Notes under the pieces: model-generated
Seen by the model: only the letters and a program-made list of their open reading frames with translations
The model's database searches: none
What the model was told of the DNA's origin: nothing
Origin: Phallusia mammillata
Taxonomy: Eukaryota
DNA length: 64,000 nucleotides
Reading direction: 5' to 3'
Assembly: GCA_965637545.1 (NCBI GenBank)
Contig: OZ281496.1
Location: 4,712,001-4,776,000, forward strand
Translations under genes and position numbers: made by a program
In this document: piece after piece, positions 24,444 through 36,404 of the stretch
Layout of the letters: each line of letters opens with the position of its first letter
Numbering within the stretch: position 1 is the stretch's first letter

Positions 24444-27057
24444 TTAGTTGTTATGAGGTTGATTTTGTTCTGGTTGCAACTGGTTGTCCGAGTTTCGACC
24501 CTCATCGCCACCCATTTGCGCAGTTTCTTCTTCTGGAGGTCCATTAGGGTCGAAGTTTTCAAGTGCAAATAGGCCTGAAAAAACACCCACAAATAATTGT
24601 GTTTAATTATTTTGCAAGGCAATCTTCGAATTACATTTCCTACCTTGGTTTGGAGGTTCACGGTTTACGTTGTGTGGAAGTTCCACGATATTCTCTATCT
24701 ATACAAGAAAATTTGATCTGAAATATGAATTTGTTTTAAGTTCGCAGTTTTAATCATTTTTTAATCAATCCGACAGTATGTTCGTAAACTGAAGATAAAA
24801 AATATTTGGAATGTGGAACAATTTTTCAGCGGCAATACGGAACAAGAAACACCTAAAAACCATTCCATTAAAAACTATATATTTTTTGTCAAGGGTTTTC
24901 ATAAGGTACTTGGCGCATTTACCTCTTCGGACGAGCTGGACGATGATCGCCTAAATAACGAAGACTAAAAACATAATAAAAATACACGGTTATCAGTAAA
25001 AACACTGGTTGCACTCTGAGACCTTGCTGCTCCAGGGGCCTGCAACGGCATCATCATTTTAACCAAAGTTGTCAACGTAATGGTAGGAGAAGGTATTAAA
25101 CCCGTTTGGATTCTTGTTGGTAACATACCATATAATTCTAGCAGTGTAAATCCAAAAAAATGATGTTTTCTATACCTAGTGTGTAGTGTGCATTTTTTCT
25201 CCTAACAAACATTTTTAACTAGATTGTTTGTTGATTTATTGTTGTTTTAATTTTGACTTTTGGCGATGTAAATTCAATAGCGGTCCTTTAAACTTGACTA
25301 CTTAATGTATTAAAAAATGATGAAAATATCAACGACCCAACTTTTTTTACGTATGTTTTTGTTGTATGTTCTCGCAAAGACGTGAAAGAAATTGTCGATA
25401 GTGTTGCATTTTTACATCTGAATGCATTATTTTCTGTTACCACCTTAAGATACTTATTACAAAGTTCTGTCCTTGACGCGCTTTAAAGCTCGGTAACTAT
25501 AGAACTAATGACAAAATGCCTCAAACATTAACCGGGAGTTATAAAACCCAATATAATTTTTTGAAATCATAATTCTGGAAAATGCACCAATCAACAAACA
25601 ATTTTTCGAAATTTCCCACTGCATATAATTTTATGAAATATCACCCATTGTTTTTACTATATCTCACCTGCAAGAAGCCTATGTCTGATGAAAGTAAGAT
25701 ATCCTGAGAATAAAATGCCCAAGGTAAAAATACAGACAAATTAGGTTGTGTTTTGCCCATTCTGTGTTTTGTTGGACTTTATCACTCTACTGTGTTGCTT
25801 TTTTATCTCAGAATATAAATATCATACTTACCCTCGGTTCTAATACTTTTGATCGATCGATTTTTTTAAAAACATTTATGGCTGCATGATACGTTGCAAA
25901 CAATATTATTCAAATGAAATTGTGTCAAAAATATTCTTACCATCGGTGGGCCATCACGTCCTGATGATGGTTTGGGTGGCGATGATAGTTGTGATTGTTT
26001 TGGTGGCGATGGTGGTTTTGGTGGCGATGATGGTGGTGATCTTTTTACCCTCGAAGGGAATTTCTGTCGTGGACCTAATGATAGATGAGCCTCATCCTTA
26101 CCTTTAATATAACAAACTACAATAAAGTGGCAGCAACCTCGGAGTAACATTCAACGTCTAGTTGTGTTAAATTGATCAGGTAAACTTCTAACGTTATTCT
26201 TTTGATGGCAAAAAAAAAAAACGATGCAGACAACAAATGATAAAACATAAGTTGTATATTTATGTTTGTACAAAAATGGTGTAAAGTTAAAATGTATTGC
26301 ACTTCTGTTTGACCAAAAATGGTAAAATCTATTTTTTATGTAATTTAGTTGAGAAAAACCGAAAAGAATCAGTTTAAAAAGGAAACAGGGCATTCCTTAC
26401 CACATATTATAATTCCTACACGAGTTTGCACCGGTGAAAATGATGTGCGTGATGGTTGTGTTTTTTTCACCCTCGGAGCAGCTTTCCGTGGTGAGCGTGA
26501 TAATGTAAGAGACTCATCCTTACCCTACACGCAATAATGATAATAAAATAGGGATTTTACTACTAATAATAGTCTTCTTACTTGAACAATAGCATCGTCT
26601 GATAATGATGGAGAAGGCAGATCCTAAAAATAAAATAAAAAACTTACCACATAGGATCAACCGAATTTTGTTTCACTTTTTAACCAAACGAAAATGTCGT
26701 AGTTATATGTTTACTACGTGATTCTACATTTTGTAATATGTTTACTATTTTGGACTATCGAAAAATAAGAACCCACATTTAACAGAAATAAAAAAACAAT
26801 TTAATTTTTGAGGAAGGCTGAACTTGCTTTGATCGAAAACGTATTTAAAATGTTAACAAGCAACATCTTAATTTAAACTAATACTATACATACTAAAATA
26901 AACCAGTCAACCTGTTTTGAAGTTATACTTACTGCCATGAAGTAACAAGCTGGACGTAACAGACTATTCACAGCCTATAAAAACAATTATTTAATGCTTT
27001 CCAAAAACTGTCTGACATATTTTAAAGATTACTTACAAAGTTTGTGTTATTCTGCAT
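24444..27057 (-). CDS. Micro-exon family gene B, Ser/Pro-rich uncharacterised protein
   Basis: Exons 27037-27057, 26933-26974, 26582-26623, 26401-26524, 25941-26101, then either 25668-25703 or 25832-25839 plus 24923-24950, then 24644-24698 and 24444-24574 (GLFALENFDPNGPPEEETAQMGGDEGRNSDNQLQPEQNQPHNN*). Middle exon usage uncertain. Confidence 0.6.
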
Positions 27058-27887
27058 ATTTATTAACAACTTTATCGTCTCTGGGAATAGTTTCAATCCA
27101 GTAGATAAATCGCATATAATGTGAAAATTGTGTTGGTGCAGAAATTGTTAATTCTGACTTTAATCAGCACCCAGACTTATAGATGTACTCCTGTACACTG
27201 CAACAGCTGTTTAAAGCGCGATGATAGGGACAAAAGCCTTCACTCAGTGGTGGAATCGTATTTCTGCGAAAACAATACATCGCGTAGAATGGTACGTCAC
27301 AAATATTTTGACATATTTTCACATTGGTTAGCGAGACTAGCGGAATCATTTGTATCATAAGCCACTTGCAAAAGCTTTAATACAAATTGTAGAGCAAATG
27401 GAATTAAATTCCTTTTTTATATTTGTTATTTTGGCAATATTCCGCATTATTCGAAAATAACATTAGGCACCATTAACTTTGATCGAAAATTCCACTACAA
27501 ATTTATTTGCACATAATTGATTTAGGTGAATAAACATGAAGTAGCGCAACTTCAAGATAATAATAATCTTTTTTCTTCTTTTAACTTTTTTATGTCTTTG
27601 CTTTACCTAAAAGATCAAAGAACCATTAAAACTTTCAAGTTTGGTTCCACAGTTAAGTAAGTTTATGTCACATTGTTCACGACTGTGTGCCCGATTTGGT
27701 GTTGTATAAAGTTATTATTACTTTTTATTTACACGGATCACCGTAATCTTACTCAGCCACATGACTCCAAAAATCACACAAATGTTTGAACCATTTACAG
27801 TGTCGTCCATAAATCTTTCCATTTACGCATTAAAATAAATGCATTTTTATGGTGGATGTTTTAATACAATAAACGACACGATTTTAT

Positions 27888-28040
27888 GTTTATGGACCTC
27901 TTCTGGCAAATGTACTTTTATTCCGACGTTGTGACGTCTTAAATAGGTCGTCTTCATCAGGGTAAATAACATTGAATGCCATTCAAGTTTACAGAGCAGA
28001 AGAGCTATATAAACTTGATACCATGCCTAGCAGCAATATC
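27888..28040. mobile_element. Penelope-type pseudo-LTR fragment, family 1
   Basis: Homologous to 30955-31170; degenerate hammerhead-like motif on the minus strand at 27918-27969. Confidence 0.55.
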
Positions 28041-28505
28041 TCGTAAAACACGATTTTGTCTGTTTAGACTCGGACTTAACGCTGATTAGGTTTATGCTTA
28101 TTTTAAACCGGATATTGTCGGAATTTAACATGTTCAGCGGATTAATGTTTTCAAGGTGCGTTTTTGGCAAATCCTTTTCTTTTAATTTAGCGGAAATGTA
28201 CATTTTACAAACCTACGCTGTTGCAACCCAGATGACTTGAACCGTATTGGTATGCTGATGTCATATTGTATGACGCACAATTGCGTTTCCGCTTTTCTGT
28301 GACGTAACATTGCCCAAGGTACAGGTGTTGTTGTGTTTCGATTTGTTGTTTTGATTTATGTCCCTACCGAGTATTCTTTCTAATGTAAACTGAGACTATC
28401 TTGCGATTGCTTGTGTGTTTTCTCTTTATATCAGACATAGTTGACAGGTTCTGGTTTATATTTTGCATTGCAGCTGTATTTTCTTTCATTTTATTAGAGA
28501 ACAAT

Positions 28506-29203
28506 ATGGGTGCATGTGCTTTACTATGTTTGCCAAGAAATCAAGAGTGTAATAAACCGCCACCAACGTAAGTTTTAAAATGCGTTTTAATTGACTTGTG
28601 AACAACATATCTATGCATAGCTTGACACAGGAGGATATACTAAAAGAAAGAATAGAAAAAAGACAACACGAAAAACAGTGACACTCTAGTCTAGCAATAG
28701 TTTAGCAGAAACCTAAATGTGTTTTCAGTATTAAATCACTGGTTGTGTTTTTACTTAACCAAACTAAAAACAAGTTAGGAAAAAACTGGTTTTCACCTAG
28801 CAGCATTTAACACGTATTTTTTTTGTTTAGTATACTTCGAATATAGGAAACAGTTCGTCAAACACGGTAAACTTTGATTGATTGTGAGAGTAATTGTTTG
28901 CCTCATATAGCTTTAATATTGTCGTTTTCAGCTTGCGTTACCTTTTATAGGGTTTCTTTGAGATGAGACATCAAGGATATCATAATAAATTCGACAGTCA
29001 AAACAATGGTAGGAAGAATTCACATGAATATTGTCTGTGTATTTGAGTGAACATCATTGTTATGTTAAACTATTTATAGCCCGAAATGCGTTCTCCAATT
29101 TCGACCATAATATGAGCAGAACAACCAACACGTATAGATGGTGATGAGGGTCGAAACCAGTTCAACCAGTTACAACCACAACAAAAAGACACTCAAACAA
29201 CTA
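28506..29203 (+). pseudogene. Micro-exon family gene C, terminal exon frameshifted (pseudogene or altered C-terminus)
   Basis: Exons 28506-28567, 28729-28741, 28831-28866, 28951-29008, 29080 onward. The last exon is homologous (ARNAFSNFDHN / AEQPTRIDGDEGRNQFNQLQPQ), but a 5-nt deletion gives an early stop at 29142-29144. Confidence 0.6.
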
Positions 29204-30954
29204 ATGCTTGCTGTATTGCATTCAAACAAAACATAGCTTAATATTTGAAAAATCTAACTTTTTTAAGTTTTGTTCATTTCAAACAACCATATATACTAAG
29301 TTGTTATGTTAGCAAGACCGGATCCTACAATTAAATTTGATCAAAGAATACTAATGAAATGGTTTGCAATATTTCTTTTTTAACTTTTTTAAACAATATC
29401 CAGCATTTCTTCTTTTAATGCAATCTGAAGAACAAATGCATCATTGTGCACTGTATCGCGTGACTTGCTATCAAAAACCAGAGACAATATTTATTTTTAC
29501 ACAAATAAATGCTATTTTTGTTTTCAATTTTGTCATCGAACGTTTTTTATTTGCTGTAGATCATTTGCATGTATGTCTGGTCATCTGTACTTTCAGGTGA
29601 TGTTGAACCGCATAATATTCGTTCCGTACAACGTTTATCATGTGTCATTTTGAGTCAAATAGACACGCAAATATACAAAGTCTTTTGTAAATTTGTATAG
29701 TCATCCAGGCTTGTTTGAACTGCTTGAGGCAAAAGTGTAATCAAGAGTTTGTAGCAACATCTTTTATTATGTTGCACTTGAACCCGCAAAGAATCGAATA
29801 AATTGCCCTTTTTGTTTTGCTCTTTTAAGGTGAGCGCACTGTCATATAACGTATTGGAATGTTTCCTTCTGCATCTACAGCTGTGCCACATGTCAGCGGT
29901 TATTTTTAAACCTGCATTTGCTGTATATTTTGGTCAAAAAAACAGAAGAAAATGTTTTAGCCCAGACGAATCTGAATTAAATCAATTTCTAGTATTATAA
30001 ATATTATTGCACTAAAAAGATTAATTTGCAAGCCCACTTGGATGATCAAAACATGTTAAAGCAATATTCTACCTGATTAGGATAATATTGTATTATCCAG
30101 CAGTAATATTTTATACAGCCATTGCAAAGTATTTTGCAGACATAAGGGTGGGATATACAAATTAAAAATTGCCATGTTCAAAATGGCATTGCTTTCAGGT
30201 TGTAAATATTTTCTACATTTACTTTTCATTTGTACTTATTATGCAATGAATCTTGGCTGAGCAAAAACAAGAATGGTTGAGCTTTAAGTTTTTATGTTTG
30301 GTAATTTATCAACCTTTGTTTCTACGGAATTTTTTATCCATGTTGATTCATATTTGTCTTTAGGTGCAGGATTAAAAACAAGCACTCCGTGTTCAACAAT
30401 CAACAAAGTCTGTGCATCTGGAATGAAATTAATTAGCGTCGCAATCAATCAAGTGTGGACACCAAGACGTCATGGTGGCGGGTGGCATGGAAAGCATGTC
30501 AAATGCTCCATTTGATGCCACGACTGCCACCGGCGTATGGTGGCGTAAAAATGATCGACCTTATTGTTCATGATGGCTTGACTGATGCTTACGGGAAATT
30601 TCACATGGGTATATGTGGATAGAATACTGCAAAAAACATTCAATATCTCGTCAAGAGCAAATGCATATGCCATTGAGTCATATACAAGAAGTGCAAAGGC
30701 TACTGAAGATGGGCAGTTTAAAGATGAAATTGTTGATGTTGTTATTTGTAGCGTCTCACTCACGCTTTGCGGGATTATACCAGATTTATTATGTTGCTGT
30801 CCAATACGCAGCACACCATCAGCACACGCTAGGTAGAATAACCGGCACATTATAAAACACTACATTATTGAAGGTAAATTGTAAAGTATATTTTACAAAT
30901 ATTGGATAAAACTTCCTGTACAATTTGATTGCATATGAAACATGTTTGATAAAT

Positions 30955-31170
30955 CAAGTTTATAGAGCTCTTCTTGCAAATGTATTTTTATTCCGACATT
31001 TGATTTTCGAATTCATGAATTTTCCTTTGTTATTGTGCTCTGTACTAGTCGCATTCAGTGTTATTTACCCTGATGAAGACGACCTGCAAAGGACATTGAA
31101 ATGTCAGAATAAAAATACATTTGCCAGAAGAGCTCTATAAACTTGCTATATGCCTGGCAGCAATAGCTTA
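30955..31170. mobile_element. Penelope-type inverted pseudo-LTR, family 1
   Basis: Inverted arms CAAGTTTATAGAGCTCTTC..TTATTCCGACATTT / AAATGTCAGAATAA..GAAGAGCTCTATAAACTTG plus a short unpaired tail; CTGATGA..GAAA motif at 31070-31105. Confidence 0.6.
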
Positions 31171-31459
31171 TATATGCATATGAAACATGATTGATATATA
31201 TGCTCTATTAAACACTTTGGTGACAAGACATTGCTTGTACAAGCTAGCATAGCCATATACACCATGCCAGATTGTTACAGAAGTAAAAGGCTTTAAACCC
31301 ATACCCTACCAAAATCTGCTGTATTGATAAGACATTTTGTGTTAAAACAGCATGTACTGTCTGCAGCTTACTTAAATGTCAATTAATGGCTTTTATTTCT
31401 GTTGTGTACTGTTTCATGTTTAAACTGATAACTAGTAAGGTCACGTTTCCAGTCGTTAC

Positions 31460-31715
31460 TTAATGGTAAAAAATAATGGCCCAAATAGACAAAAAAAGCA
31501 ACATGCTTTATTTTTTCAAATGTTTCAGCAAATGCTCATGCCATCATTTGTGATATAAAGTGTATATAAACGGGTGTAACTGATGTGACCTTCATATTAC
31601 TGATGATTGCATGAGCATTTGCCGAAACATTTCAAAAATAAAGCATGTTGCTTTTCTATTCGGGCCATTATTTTTACCATTAAATTATGAACAGATCCGT
31701 ATATAGTGTTCAAAA
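31460..31715. mobile_element. Penelope-type inverted pseudo-LTR, family 2
   Basis: Inverted arms of about 95 bp (31460-31683) plus tail ATGAACAGATC..; CTGATGA..GCCGAAAC at 31600-31628; second copy at 49170-49395. Confidence 0.6.
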
Positions 31716-31733
31716 TTTATTATTTGATCATGA

Positions 31734-32321
<588 letters not shown>

Positions 32322-33224
32322 TAATGTGTTTGACCTATTTAAAGATGTTATCTTTCTATCATGTACAGTAATGTTTTGAAATAGTTCCTTTATGTGATTT
32401 TTACATAACCTCTTAACTTTATGGTTTTTAGGCTTCGTATATTTAAAATTTAAATTTTGGTATGCCTTGTATGTTCAAAAGCCAGTCACAATCAACCATA
32501 GCATTTGTTACATATATTTTTCACTAAAATGGTTAATTAGGTACTTTAATGAGCTTATAAATGCATTGTTTTAGCAAGCTTTAGCAAAATCTTTGCCAAA
32601 CAAATGGCTTAACCAATTTTTTGCCCACCTATATAAACCAATCTTCATTAAATAATGTTATTCATGTTACCACGCAAACTATTTTAAAGTGGTACATACT
32701 TTGATTGTATTTTTTGCCTTACCTAAAGTGTGTCTGTTCTGTTTAAAAGATGTGTGGAACAAAATTATATAAAAGTTTTTCGATTATTTTGTGCTGTCTA
32801 ACAATTACACAGAAATGCTATTCAGTTTGAAAGCAGATATTCGAAGTTGAAACATCAATCTTGGATTGTATGAGTTTAGAACAGGATTTTTACATTAGAG
32901 GCCCAGCAGACATACTTAAGTGCTGTTTTTTATTTACTCTTAGTGTACACATAATCATTTTTTCGGCCAAGACCTCTGGAATAAGACCAAAAAGGTCGAT
33001 TCTGGCCGGAAACGGGCCAACCTGGCAAGCCTGAACACATTGTCGGCCGTTATTGAAACATAGACCTGTGATGCGGCCGTCAATAGCGAAAGCCAAAAAA
33101 CGTCCCCTTTTATCTACGGCAAAGAATGTACTTTGGATGGCACCGTAATAGTTAGTTAGCATGTGGACTTTTTCTTTTGAAAAAGACAATCTAAATCTAC
33201 TACGTCTAATCTACTGCATGTAAC

Positions 33225-34625
33225 ATTTGTTTTGAAACATGAACGACTTTGCACGCTTTAAGCGGGTTTCCTAACGAGCTTCGTGCAGTCAACCGCAGCG
33301 CTAGTTACATACATGGCCTTGCAAGCGTAAACGCGGGTTTCCTAACGAGCTTCGTGCATTTAAACATAGCGCTTGTTACATGCATAATTTGGCCCACTTG
33401 AATCCGGTTTCCTAACGTGCTTCGTGCAATCAACCATGGCGCTTGTTACATCTATGACTTTGCAAGCTTGAACAAGTTTCATAACGAGCTTCGTTCAGTC
33501 AATCATAGCGCTTGTTACATCTATGACTTTGCGAACTTAAACGAGTTTTCTTTCGAGCTTCGTGCAGTCAAACACAACGTTTGTTACATGCGTGACTTTG
33601 TACGGTTAAAGTGGGTTTCTTAACGAGTTTCGTGCATTCAACCATGGCGCTTGTTACATGCCCGATTTTGCAGGCTTAAATCGGATTTCCTAACGAGCTT
33701 CGTGCAGTCAACCACAGTGCTTGTTACAAGAACGACTTTGCACGCCTAAAGCGGGTTTCCAAACGGGCTTCGTGCAGTCAACCATGGCGCTTGTTACATC
33801 TATGACTTTACAAGCTTAAAGCGGGTTTTCTATCAAGCTTCGTGCAGTCACCCATTGCGCTTGTTGCATGCACGACTTTGGAAGCTTAATAGTTTGCTAA
33901 CGAGCTTCCGGTTTCCTGGCGAGCTTCGTGCAGTGAAACATGACGCTTGTTTTAAGTATGACTTTGTACGCTTAAAGCGGGTTCCTAACTGGCTTCGTGC
34001 AGTCAACCATAGCGCTTGTTACATGCACGACTTTGCAAGCTAAAAGCGGGTTTCTTAACGAGCTTCGTTTAGTGAACCATGACGCTTGTTATATACACGA
34101 CTTTGTAAACCAAAACCGGGTTTCTTAACGAGCTTCGTTTATAGTCAACCATGGCGCTTGTTACATGCACGACATTGCAAGCTAAAACGGGGTTTCCTAA
34201 CGAGCATCGTGCAGTCAACCACAGCGCTTGTTGTATGCATGACTTTTTACGCTTAAATGGTTTCCTAACGAGCTTTATACAATCAACTATGGCCTTTGCA
34301 GTATGCACGAATTTGCAAACTTAATGCGGGTTTCCTAACGAGCTTTGTTTAGTCAACCACAGCGCTTGTTATATGCATGACTTTGATCGCTTAAATCCGG
34401 TTTCCTGGCGAGCTTCGTGCAGTCAAACATGACGCTTGTTTTAAGTATGACTTTGTACGCTTAAAGCGGGTTCCTAACTGGCTTCGTGCAGTCAACCATT
34501 GCGCTTGTTACATACACGACTTTACAAGCTTAAACGGGTTTCCTAACGAGCTTGGTGCAGTCAACCGTAGCGCTTGTTGCATGCACGACTTTGCAAGCTT
34601 ACGAATTCCCCTCGAGCTTAATGCA
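33225..34625. repeat. Satellite, about 70-bp unit, about 20 copies
   Basis: Consensus GTTTCCTAACGAGCTTCGTGCAGTCAACCATAGCGCTTGTTACATGCACGACTTTGCAAGCTTAAAGCGG, head-to-tail. Confidence 0.95.
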
Positions 34626-35892
34626 GTATTCTTTTCAATTAATCAAAATTCCCCTTTTTATAACTTCACGTTGTTGTGCAACTTTCAATTGTGTCTTATC
34701 GCTCATGCCATGAATATCCTGTTTGGAAGTTTTCATGTGAGGGGTTGATTGTATCAAGCAACCTACAATATAGATGAAGTAATAGATTGTGCTTTAGTTA
34801 TTGTCTGCAAAGTCCATTGTAAGTTTCAACTTCCTTATTTAAGTCAATAGACTTCATCATCTGTCTATTGTCTGTTGCGCACACTTAGGGGAATCTTATA
34901 TATCCGTCTTTATAACTTACTGGTTTCGATAGGGATTTCCCTTCTTGGTACTTCCGTGCTATACAAATCATAGAGCTATAAATATACCGTAAGAACCCTG
35001 AGCTTTCTGATATGCTGGCTAGAGTAGGAAGATGCAAGGTAAGGATTAGATATTGAGTTTCAAACTTTTTATACAGCAGCGGTTTTCAAACTAGGCTCCG
35101 CGGTCCTTTAGGGGTCCACTACATGAATTCAGAAGGATCGCGAAACTGAACTAAATTCAACCATCATATTGTTATTGGAATAATTTTGCAAGGCATAAAT
35201 TAACGCCTATAGTTGTTATAACTGTAGGTTTTGTTTCGCTTAGGTATGTTTAGTTTCATAAATAAATTTATCCTGGACCGCGAGTGCTCGAGAAAATTGC
35301 GAAGGGACCAGTAAGGCACAAAATGAGTACCACAGTGCTAGAAAAAGAAATTGCTGGTTTGTAGCATATTCGCACTGTCCAAAAAAATACAGGCACAAGA
35401 CCCCGGTTGATCCGGACTCGTTGAAATAAAACATTGTCGGGATAGGCGAACTTTCGAATTTACATTAAAAATCATTTGTACCTCAAGTTTTGTACGAATT
35501 AGGCGAAAATTCGGATTAATCGAATTCGGTTTGACCGAATAGTACTGTATAAGTTATCTGTTATTTGTATGGCATGCGTAAAAACGAAGTTTTAAAGGGA
35601 AATAAGTGCATAAACGGTACCTAAACTTGGGAGTAAGGACCACCTCTTAGGTTTTCAAAGATACAAGAAAGTGCTCATCAAATTAAAATGTATAAGAACA
35701 CACTGCATGAATTACAAAGTTTTAGCCCTGCTTGTTGTTTTATAGTTGCTACGGCCGATCAAACTTAAAACAGCTCGTTTTCTACTAGCCTAGCCTATTT
35801 ATAGTTTCTAAAACGTAAATAGAAAGGTTTGTTGTTAAAATTAAAACATGTCGAGACACCTCAGTAAATGGGCCATTACAGTTTATTTAGGG

Positions 35893-36197
35893 CAGTGGTT
35901 CTCAAAATGTAGTACACGAATCACTAGTGGTACGTCAAGGCGTTTCAGGTGGTACGCGAGTAGCTTTCTTCTAAACTTACTTCAAGCCACATCATGAATT
36001 GTTGCTCAACTGACCCAACTGATCAGCCATGATTTGGCACAACCACTGTCTTGGACGTTTGTTAGGCACTGCTAACATGTTAGTTTTATAAATTAGCTAG
36101 TGTAGTCAAGAAAAACTCTTGGTCTACCCATTCAAACAAGATTTAGGTGGTACACAGCATTAGAAATATCCGATCAGTAGAAGTTTGAGAACCACTG
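35893..36197. mobile_element. hAT (Charlie-like) MITE, older copy
   Basis: TIRs CAGTGGTTCTCAAA / TTTGAGAACCACTG; GTGGTAC subterminal repeats; TSD degenerate (ATTTAGGG vs ATGTAAAG). Confidence 0.8.
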
Positions 36198-36404
36198 ATG
36201 TAAAGAATTATTCATTTGAAAAAAAAATTATTTTTTTATCCTAGCAGAATTTATTGCGATTTTGTATGTCAGCAAATGGTTGCATTTAGGTCCAAGCAAT
36301 TGTTGTCATTTTCTCCATGAATTAAAGTGTGAGATTTCAGTTAGCTTTTCGTTAATGATGCACTGTGAAGCGGTTGTTAATTCGTTGTTCTTAGTGCTTT
36401 CACT

